Positions 56,712 to 64,000 of a stretch of 64,000 nucleotides of DNA are shown here, piece after piece. Each line of letters opens with the position of its first letter. The first letter of the stretch is position 1. This DNA is from Candidatus Saccharimonadota bacterium (GTDB lineage Bacteria; Patescibacteriota; Saccharimonadia; Saccharimonadales; Saccharimonadaceae): assembly GCA_016282495.1 (NCBI GenBank), contig JAEEKR010000036.1, positions 5,594 through 69,593 of the forward strand. The letters are read 5' to 3'. The position numbers and the translations under genes are program-made. A model generated the notes under the pieces. The model did no database searches. It worked only from the letters and a program-made list of their open reading frames with translations, and was not told where the DNA came from.

Positions 56712-58336
56712 TGTCTAAAAATCTAGAAATTCCAATGGGGAAGCGCACAAGGCTGTATCGTTTTTTTGAGATTTTGCCTGGTTTTTTGAGTTACACATTA
56801 ATAGCGTTGCTTTTTATTCTGTCGCTTATAAAGCCATTGGTTGGAGTTATATACTTGATAGCTGTCATTGCAATTACTTTGGTTAAAGCAATTGCGGTAG
56901 CTTTTAGAACGATACAGGGATATGAGATTGTTAAGAAAGCTTCTAGAGTTAATTGGAATAATCGATTGAAAGATTTAGAAGATCCACATACCGCCTACGA
57001 AAAGCTTAGGGATGAATATTCTGATAGTTATGGCTATAAAGAACATATAACGAATGTAAAAAAACTTTCTATTGCCGAAAATCAGACTGGACTAATATCG
57101 CCGAAGGATGTCTATCATGCGGTAATTATGGTGGCATATAATGAGAGCCTTGAAACGCTTATTCCATCTGTAAAGGCAGTAAAAGACACTTCTTTTCCAA
57201 ATGAGAGGATAATTTTTGTACTCGGGTATGAAGAGCGCGGTGGTGAAGAAATGGAGAAAAACGCTAAGGAGTTAAAAAGGCGTTTTGAGGGTGTTTTTGC
57301 GGATTTTCTTTTGGTGAAGCATCCGAAAGATTTGAAGGGGGAAATTGTGGGTAAGGGACCAAATTTGGTTTGTGCTGGAGAAAAGCTTGCAGAGTATGTC
57401 GAGAAGAAACATATTAATAAAGAGCATGTAATTGTCACTTCACTTGATAGCGATAATAGAATGAGTGAAAAATACCTCGACTATGTTGCATATGAGTTTA
57501 TTGTGCATGAGGATAGACAACACTTAAGCTATCAGCCCGTTTCTTTGTTTATGAATAATATTTGGGATGTACCAGCGCCGATGCGTATCGTTGGAATAAC
57601 GAATTCATTTTTTAATATTATTACAACAATGAGACCGCATGCTTTAAGAAATTTTGCTTCACATTCACAACCACTTGCGGCTTTGATGGACATGGGCTTT
57701 TGGAGCAAGAGAACAATTGTGGAAGATGGGCATCAGTATTGGCGTAGCCTGTTCCACTTTGATGGTGATTATGAAGTTTTGCCAATTAGGGTGCCAATTT
57801 ATCAAGATGCGGTAATGGAAAGAACGCTACTTGCTACGCTGAAAGCTCAATTTGTCCAACTGAGAAGATGGGATTATGGCGCTAGTGACGTGGCTTATGT
57901 TGGGGTTAGACTATTCAGTAAAAAACGCAAAATTCCGTTTATAGAACTTTTACCAAAGTTTTGTAGGCTTCTTGACGGTCATGTGACGCTAGCAATCATG
58001 TCACCAATAATAATGTTTGGTGGTTGGGTGCCGATGCTTTTCAACCTTTCTTCTAGAAGTATCGTACCTTTTAACTTGCCAAGAGTTATCAGCATAATCC
58101 AAACTATTGCAAGCATCGGTCTATTTGTAACAATTTTGACATCGATTAGGATGTTGCCAAAAAGGCCAAAAAAATACAAAAAGCACAAGAGTATATTAAT
58201 GATTTTGCAATGGATCTTGATGCCATTGGTAGCGCTTTTGTACCAAAGTCTAGCTGCGTTTTACGCGCAAACAAGATTGATGACCGGCCATTACATGGAA
58301 AAGTTTGACGTTACTAAAAAAGTAGTAAAGAAATAG
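56711..58336 (+). CDS. Membrane GT2 glycosyltransferase (processive-type motifs)
   Basis: YNE, GKG.NL, LDSD, VEDGH, QLRRW (QxxRW); TMs at both ends. Confidence 0.85.
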   Translation: MSKNLEIPMGKRTRLYRFFEILPGFLSYTLIALLFILSLIKPLVGVIYLIAVIAITLVKAIAVAFRTIQGYEIVKKASRVNWNNRLKDLEDPHTAYEKLRDEYSDSYGYKEHITNVKKLSIAENQTGLISPKDVYHAVIMVAYNESLETLIPSVKAVKDTSFPNERIIFVLGYEERGGEEMEKNAKELKRRFEGVFADFLLVKHPKDLKGEIVGKGPNLVCAGEKLAEYVEKKHINKEHVIVTSLDSDNRMSEKYLDYVAYEFIVHEDRQHLSYQPVSLFMNNIWDVPAPMRIVGITNSFFNIITTMRPHALRNFASHSQPLAALMDMGFWSKRTIVEDGHQYWRSLFHFDGDYEVLPIRVPIYQDAVMERTLLATLKAQFVQLRRWDYGASDVAYVGVRLFSKKRKIPFIELLPKFCRLLDGHVTLAIMSPIIMFGGWVPMLFNLSSRSIVPFNLPRVISIIQTIASIGLFVTILTSIRMLPKRPKKYKKHKSILMILQWILMPLVALLYQSLAAFYAQTRLMTGHYMEKFDVTKKVVKK

Positions 58337-58639
58337 TTATTTAGAAAGCCATTTTTCGAGGTATTTTTTGGATTGGACGCCGACATTACGTTTAATTTCT
58401 TTGCCATCTTCGAAAAGAACAAGGCAAGGAATAGTGGACACTTCGTATTCTTCAGCGAGTTCGGGATTTTCATCGATGTCGACGGACATAATATTGTAAT
58501 TATCACTGAGTTCTTCCAGAGTAACACCAACCATTTGACAAGGGCCGCACCAAAAGGCATTAAAATCAACCAAAATCCGGCCTTTTTGATCTAATACTTC
58601 TTTTTTAAAATCAGTTTCTGTTAGAGTTTTGATAGACAT
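58337..58639 (-). CDS. trxA: Thioredoxin
   Basis: VDFNAFWCGPC, V.TIP. Confidence 0.92.
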   Translation of the reverse strand: MSIKTLTETDFKKEVLDQKGRILVDFNAFWCGPCQMVGVTLEELSDNYNIMSVDIDENPELAEEYEVSTIPCLVLFEDGKEIKRNVGVQSKKYLEKWLSK

Positions 58640-58738
58640 AAATATCCTTTGATTACAGTTATATTTTATAACGTTTTCTGTTTTTGTCGCAATGATTTTT
58701 AATATATAATAGCTATATAACGTAACGAAGGGAATTAA

Positions 58739-59284
58739 ATGGGGATTTATAGTTTAAAAGTTGAAACGAGAAAAGGTGAAAAGTTTGACCTTTGTAATTT
58801 GAAGGGAAAAGTTTCGCTAGTTGTAAATACTGCGACGGGTTGTGGGTTTACGCCACAATATGAGGCTATAGAAAAGCTTTACGAGAAGTATCACAAGAAG
58901 GGATTCGAAGTACTGGATTTTCCGTGCGATCAATTTGGGCATCAGGCACCGGGAAGTAATGACGAGATCCATGCGTTTTGTACGGCTAAGTATAAGACAA
59001 AATTTGATCAGTTTGCCAAAATAGAAGTGAATGGCGAGAATGAAAGCAAGGTGTTTAAGATTTTGAAAGAGCAGCAGCCGAATGAAGAGATTGTGGGTGT
59101 TAAGAATAAAATGGCGATGAAGGCGGTTGCAAAGATTAGTAAGACCTGCAAGAAAAAAGGGGACATCGTGTGGAATTTTACGAAGTTCTTAGTAGATAAA
59201 GACGGAAATGCCGTAAAAAGGTATAACCCGACTTTTAATCCAATAGATATTGAAAAAGATTTGGTAGAACTTCTTGAGAAGTAG
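58739..59284 (+). CDS. Glutathione peroxidase-family (Cys-type) peroxidase
   Basis: VVNTATGCGFTPQY, FPCDQFG.Q.PG, WNFTKFLV. Confidence 0.95.
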   Translation: MGIYSLKVETRKGEKFDLCNLKGKVSLVVNTATGCGFTPQYEAIEKLYEKYHKKGFEVLDFPCDQFGHQAPGSNDEIHAFCTAKYKTKFDQFAKIEVNGENESKVFKILKEQQPNEEIVGVKNKMAMKAVAKISKTCKKKGDIVWNFTKFLVDKDGNAVKRYNPTFNPIDIEKDLVELLEK

Positions 59285-59294
59285 AAAGGAGAAA

Positions 59295-60206
59295 ATGTAC
59301 GATATTGTAATTGTAGGGGCGGGGACAGCTGGGTTAACAGCGGCAATTTATGCGCGTAGAGCAGCTAAAAAAGTGTTGGTGCTTGAGGCTAAAAGCTATG
59401 GTGGACAAATAATTAATACGCCAGACATCGAAAATTATCCAGCGTTTGATCATATTTCTGGTTTTGATTTTGCAACTAAACTATATAAGCAGGCAGAAAG
59501 TTTGGGCGCGGAGATTGAGTTTGAAAAAGTTGAAAGCATTGAAGATAATGGTGATGAAAAAAAGGTCAAAACAGATGAAAATACTTATACGTGCAAAACG
59601 GTGATTTTGGCAAACGGGTCAGAGAATAGAAAGCTCGGACTTTCTAATGAAGAAGAGTTGGTGGGAAGAGGCGTGTCTTATTGTGCAACTTGTGACGGGG
59701 CGTTCTATAAAGGAAAAATAGTGGCGGTAAACGGAGGAGGAAATACAGCGCTAGAAGACGCTTTGTATTTATCTGGCATCGTGAAAAAGGTCTATTTGAT
59801 TCACAGAAGAGATGAGTTTAGAGGGCACGAAACTGTAGTGGATGAATTGGGGAAGAGGGATAATGTAGAATTTGTGTTAAATAGTACGATTACGAAACTT
59901 AATGCAGATAAGAAACTAGAAAGTGTTGAGGTGATGGACAATGATGGAAATAAGAGGGAAATTGCGGTTGACGGATTATTTGTGGCGATTGGTAGAGTGC
60001 CAGAGAACGAAAACTTTGCTAAATTAATTAATCTTGATGATAAAGGCTATATTGTGGCAGGAGAGGATTGCCATACTAATGTTCCTGGTATTTTCGTAGC
60101 TGGTGATAGCCGCACAAAAGATGTTAGGCAGCTCGTGACGGCCGCGAGTGATGGTGCAGTAGCAGCAGAAGAAGCTGTGAAATTTATTAATGAAAAGAGA
60201 GGTTAA
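59295..60206 (+). CDS. trxB: Thioredoxin-disulfide reductase
   Basis: GAGTAGL.AA.Y, GVSYCATCDG, GGGNTA, IHRR..FR, AGD. Start at ATG 59295 after an SD. Confidence 0.95.
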   Translation: MYDIVIVGAGTAGLTAAIYARRAAKKVLVLEAKSYGGQIINTPDIENYPAFDHISGFDFATKLYKQAESLGAEIEFEKVESIEDNGDEKKVKTDENTYTCKTVILANGSENRKLGLSNEEELVGRGVSYCATCDGAFYKGKIVAVNGGGNTALEDALYLSGIVKKVYLIHRRDEFRGHETVVDELGKRDNVEFVLNSTITKLNADKKLESVEVMDNDGNKREIAVDGLFVAIGRVPENENFAKLINLDDKGYIVAGEDCHTNVPGIFVAGDSRTKDVRQLVTAASDGAVAAEEAVKFINEKRG

Positions 60207-60207
60207 A

Positions 60208-60966
60208 ATGTTTGATCTTAAAGGTAGAGTAGCGGTTATAACTGGGGCAAGTTCAGGCCTGGGGCGCCAGATGGCGAGGGCTTTTTCTAAACAAGGTGCG
60301 GATCTAGTGGTGCTGGCTCGAAGAATGGAAAGGTTAGAAGAGCTGAAGAAAGAACTGGAACAATATGGCGGAAAGGTTTTGCCAATAAAATGCGATGTAA
60401 CTTCTTCTGATGATATAGATAATGCGGCAAAAATTGCGGAGCAGGAGTTTTCGAAAGTTGATATTTTGGTAAACTGTGCTGGCTCGTCTAAAGATGCGGG
60501 CGTACTCGAAATGAAAGATGATGAATGGGATTTTACGATCAACACAGATTTAACATCGGTGTTTAAAATGACGAGAACATTTGGGAGCATTATGAAGAAG
60601 CATAAGTATGGACGAATTATCAATATTGCCTCAATGTATGGATTAGTCGGAAATAATGAGATCCCGACGATTGCGTATCACGCATCAAAGGGTGGGGTAG
60701 TTAACTTTACGAGAGCAGCCGCGGCTGAGCTTGCGAAATACAATATAACCGTAAATTGCATTTGCCCAGGATATTTTTATACTGAACTTACAACGGAAGT
60801 TTTGGATAGCGATTACTTTAAAAAATTTGCTGATGCGCATGTGCCGATGAAAAGGTATGGAAAAGAAGGGGAATTAAACGCTGGCGCGATTTTTTTGGCG
60901 AGTGACGAAGCAAGCTATGTGACTGGTGTAGTTTTGCCGATTGACGGTGGGTATACCTGCGTTTAG
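60208..60966 (+). CDS. Short-chain dehydrogenase/reductase
   Basis: TGASSGLG, VNCAG, YHASK, IDGG. Confidence 0.93.
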   Translation: MFDLKGRVAVITGASSGLGRQMARAFSKQGADLVVLARRMERLEELKKELEQYGGKVLPIKCDVTSSDDIDNAAKIAEQEFSKVDILVNCAGSSKDAGVLEMKDDEWDFTINTDLTSVFKMTRTFGSIMKKHKYGRIINIASMYGLVGNNEIPTIAYHASKGGVVNFTRAAAAELAKYNITVNCICPGYFYTELTTEVLDSDYFKKFADAHVPMKRYGKEGELNAGAIFLASDEASYVTGVVLPIDGGYTCV

Positions 60967-61012
60967 AGTAAAACGTATTTATTTTCTAAAACGCTTATGC
61001 TATTATTTTGAT

Positions 61013-63172
61013 ATGGAAGAAGGGAAGTCACATTTTTGTGGGCATTGTGGAAGTCCTTTAGAGGGTGGGTCTGTCTTTTGTGGTAAGTGCGGTACAAAAG
61101 TCGAGAGCATTGAAGCTAGCAGCGTAATCGTTGGACAACAAGCTGGCGCCTTAGCGCAAGCCACACAGCAACCACAACCATCTATGATGACAACGCAAGG
61201 GTCTACGAAGGGAAAAGGTAAAGCTAAATTCTTTGTAATTGGGGGAGTAACATTAGCCTTAGTGGTTGCTTTGATTTTTTTGGTGCCACTACTTGTTGGC
61301 ACATTAACCCCTAAAACTAGAACGATGATGGTATATATGATCGGCTCTAATTTAGAGACTAAGACTGCCGCAGCTAGCACAGACATTATAGAGATGGAAG
61401 ATGCTAAATTTAATACCGATGACACAAAGGTTTTAGTTTACACTGGTGGGGCAAAAGAATGGCAGCTAGACGGTATAAATTCTGATGAAAATGCGGTTTT
61501 TGAGGTAACTCCTTCTGGCATAACAAAGGTTAAAACTTTTGAACAAAAATCTATGGTTGACCCTTCGACTTTGACGGAGTTTGTGGATTTTGCCTACGAA
61601 AATTACGATACTAATTTTTATGATTTGGTACTTTGGGATCATGCTGGCGGACCGATAATTGGCTTTGGTGAGGACGAATTATTTGAAAAAGATGATGCGA
61701 TGGGTCTTAAGGATTTGGGTAAGGCATTAGAGGATTCTAAATTAGTAAAAGATGGCAAGAAGCTGGAATTTGTTGGATTTGACGCTTGTTTGATGGGTGG
61801 GATCGAGATTGCGATGGCACTTAGGGGCTATAGTAACTATATGATTGCGTCGGAAGAATCAGAGCCTAACGAAGGTTGGAACTATAACTTTTTGAGGGCA
61901 GTAGATAAAAGCAAGAGTTCTGAAGACGTAGCAAAACAGATAGTGAGTGACTTTGCTGATTTTTATGGTGAAGGATATCCTTATGATGAAGATATGTCTT
62001 TGTCGGCAATAGATCTTAGCAAGATAGAGCAAGTCGCAGAGACTACGGGTGATCTTTTCGAACGGGTTAACACTGAAGTTACGGCAAAAACTTTTTCACA
62101 ATATTCAAGGGTGCTGACTAGGAAGAAAGTCTATGGCTATAACGGTAGGGATAGTGAGTCTTTTGACTTGGTAGACCTTAAAGATTTAGTCAGCAGTTTG
62201 GCTGATTTACATCCAGATGAGGTGGCTAGAGTTAATGAAGCTATTGAGGCGGCAGTGCTTTATAGTGAAAGTAATATAGAGTATACGAATGGAATTTCAG
62301 TGTATTTCCCAACTAATAATAAGCAGTTGGCGAAAATATTTGTGGCGGAGTACAGAAATGTAACTTTTTCAGATAAATATTACGATTTCTTGAAAAAATA
62401 CAGCTCGTTTATTGGCGGAAAGAGGTTAGTTGAAAGAGATAGCTATAACGATTTAACAAGCACGGTAAGTGACGACACGATATCGGTAGAGCTGCCATCT
62501 GAATTGTTGGATAACTATCAAAGTGCAAAGATCGCCATTTATAGGAAAATAGTTGATGAGAAAGTTGAAGGAGAATGGTATTTGCCGGTTTACCAAAGTT
62601 CAGAAGTGGTTCTGGACGGAAATGTGTTGAAGGCAACAACCAATAATTTGCAATTTATGCTGAAAGTCAAACATGCTGACGGTACGGAAGAACATAATTT
62701 TGTGACTATGATTGAAAAAGAGCGAAATGCAGAATATGCTGAATATACGATTTTTGGTGTTCTAGGTATTAAAAATGAAGAAACGATAGCCGGGTTTGAC
62801 ATTGAGGCTTATGAATTAACTCTTAAAGTAGATAAAGAAAACAATGTAGAAATTAAGGAGATTAGGGAACATACAAAAGAAGGTCAGATGCCGAGCAAGA
62901 GGGTTTATTCTATGGACGAGATATTATGGATTGATTTTTTGGCGCCGTCGATGAACTTAGATCACGATACTTCTGGCACAGATTATGGTACTGAGGTATC
63001 AATAAGTAAGGGCGATATGATGGAGTTTGAGCTAGTAGATTTAAATACGGATTTCGAAGACATGTGTGGTACTACTTGGTGTGTCTCATCGGATGAAGTG
63101 TACTACCGATTTAAAGTGTACGATACTCAGGGCGAGGTACACTGGCTGGATATGGCTAAGGTTAACATATAA
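61013..63172 (+). CDS. Membrane-anchored clostripain-related (C11) cysteine peptidase with N-terminal zinc ribbon
   Basis: CGHC..CGKC, TM, YMIGSNLE, WDHAGG (catalytic His), FDACLM (catalytic Cys), ASEE. Confidence 0.88.
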   Translation: MEEGKSHFCGHCGSPLEGGSVFCGKCGTKVESIEASSVIVGQQAGALAQATQQPQPSMMTTQGSTKGKGKAKFFVIGGVTLALVVALIFLVPLLVGTLTPKTRTMMVYMIGSNLETKTAAASTDIIEMEDAKFNTDDTKVLVYTGGAKEWQLDGINSDENAVFEVTPSGITKVKTFEQKSMVDPSTLTEFVDFAYENYDTNFYDLVLWDHAGGPIIGFGEDELFEKDDAMGLKDLGKALEDSKLVKDGKKLEFVGFDACLMGGIEIAMALRGYSNYMIASEESEPNEGWNYNFLRAVDKSKSSEDVAKQIVSDFADFYGEGYPYDEDMSLSAIDLSKIEQVAETTGDLFERVNTEVTAKTFSQYSRVLTRKKVYGYNGRDSESFDLVDLKDLVSSLADLHPDEVARVNEAIEAAVLYSESNIEYTNGISVYFPTNNKQLAKIFVAEYRNVTFSDKYYDFLKKYSSFIGGKRLVERDSYNDLTSTVSDDTISVELPSELLDNYQSAKIAIYRKIVDEKVEGEWYLPVYQSSEVVLDGNVLKATTNNLQFMLKVKHADGTEEHNFVTMIEKERNAEYAEYTIFGVLGIKNEETIAGFDIEAYELTLKVDKENNVEIKEIREHTKEGQMPSKRVYSMDEILWIDFLAPSMNLDHDTSGTDYGTEVSISKGDMMEFELVDLNTDFEDMCGTTWCVSSDEVYYRFKVYDTQGEVHWLDMAKVNI

Positions 63173-63374
63173 TTAAAACTGCAGAAAAACAAGCTACTGT
63201 AAGTAGCCGTGGTTTTGAAGATAGCTTTATCAATAATGTAAAGATTAATAAAGTAGATCTTTCTGGTCTTGGTGATTAAGGGAATTCTATAATAAAAAAT
63301 CCTCCTTATAAGGAGGATTTTTTGGCCTAAAACTATTTAGTGGGCCGTTTTTATCCCGATATAGCAAAGAGGAG

Positions 63375-63617
63375 TTATTGTTCGATGGTGGCGTTGGCTG
63401 TACTTTCTGATGGCAGAATAATGACTTCGTCTTCAACATTTTTAGTTTTTTTATCGCCGAAGATCCAACGATCTACCCAGAAAAAGATACATCCACCAAT
63501 GAGATTTGCGGCGATAGTAGCGACAACAACGTTCCATCCGCCTAGCCATACCATACAAATAGCTAGAATTGGTGAGCTTAGTTGCCAGCGAAGTAAATAT
63601 AAGAAGAATTTTTTCAC
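63375..63617 (-). CDS. Small membrane protein
   Basis: YLLRWQLSSPILA..ANLIGGCIFFWVDRWIF; GTG start overlaps the upstream stop. Confidence 0.7.
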   Translation of the reverse strand: MKKFFLYLLRWQLSSPILAICMVWLGGWNVVVATIAANLIGGCIFFWVDRWIFGDKKTKNVEDEVIILPSESTANATIEQ

Positions 63618-64000
63618 TATTTTTTATCTCCTTTGTCGGAGATTTCGAGGCCGCCGAAACCACCGGTGGCGTCGATGTAGATAGTATATTTGCCAGTGGC
63701 TTCGTTTTTGCGTTCGTCGGAAGTGCCGCCGAAGATGAAGCCGGATTTGATTTTAACCTGGATGTCTTCAGGAACTTTAATGTCGATGCCGCCGAATAAA
63801 CAGAAGGCTTTGATGGTGGTATCTTTGGTAAATTTAGCGTTTCTGAGGTCTAGGTTGATGCCACCAAAAACTGCAGTGAGGTTGGCACCAGAGAAGGTTT
63901 CGTTTTTATAGACGCGATCGTTGCCGGAAAAGATGGCGGTTTGAACGTCGGTTTTGCGTTCTTCTTTGGCATCGTGAACTTTTTGTTCAACTTCTTTATT
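63617..64000 (-). CDS. LiaF-like (DUF2154) cell-wall antibiotic response protein, C-terminal part (5' partial)
   Basis: Hand translation gives AIFSG..F.GANLTAVFGGINLDLR.A...AFCLFGGIDI.VP..SGFIFGG..GGFGGLEI. Not in the ORF track. Confidence 0.8.
   Translation of the reverse strand, partial: NKEVEQKVHDAKEERKTDVQTAIFSGNDRVYKNETFSGANLTAVFGGINLDLRNAKFTKDTTIKAFCLFGGIDIKVPEDIQVKIKSGFIFGGTSDERKNEATGKYTIYIDATGGFGGLEISDKGDKK

Noticed and set aside
60024-60623. 199-aa antisense ORF over the SDR gene, and the many other short antisense ORFs in the track
   Set aside because: They overlap well-supported genes and show no recognisable motifs.
44288-63323. Similar hairpins AAATCCTCC...GGAGGATTT at 44288 and about 63297
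   Set aside because: Both behave as ordinary terminators and are too short to claim a repeat family.
1-64000. CRISPR array, rRNA, IS elements or stop-codon reassignment (code 25)
   Set aside because: No repeat-spacer periodicity, rRNA signature or transposase motif was seen. TGA acts as a stop (e.g. at 23377 and 52814) and genes are full length under code 11.

Overview
Chromosomal window from a small-genome, AT-rich bacterium, most likely Candidatus Saccharibacteria (TM7/CPR). This is inferred from the rpsF-ssb-rpsR operon without rplI, a minimal RpoD, a VirB2-like pilin and a pilM-N-O-B-T-C type IV pilus locus. Genetic code 11 applies. The core is housekeeping: tsaD, argS, orn, mscL, dnaG-rpoD, polA, mutM, holA, rpsT, truB, rpsO, pnp, ftsK, rpsF-ssb-rpsR-efp-tlyA, a Xer recombinase, ndk and five tRNAs (Ser-GGA, Arg-CCT, Gly-CCC, Asp-GTC, Thr-CGT). 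Main observations: (1) an STT3/AglB-family oligosaccharyltransferase with intact catalytic motifs lies between the major pilin and the prepilin peptidase, with GT-C and GT2 glycosyltransferases about 7-10 kb away, suggesting protein glycosylation linked to the pilus or surface. (2) A family of roughly 70-110 bp GC-rich palindromic elements is present, one inserted in frame inside tsaD and others at tRNA 3' duplications and in intergenic sites. (3) About 19 genes have a -10 box, nearly always TG-extended, only 6-7 nt before ATG, implying widespread leaderless mRNAs. (4) Four ORFan single-gene cassettes each carry a TTGANN-17-TATAAT promoter, an SD and a terminator. No CRISPR array, rRNA, IS or prophage was seen. 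All calls come from motif recognition by eye; no database searches were run.
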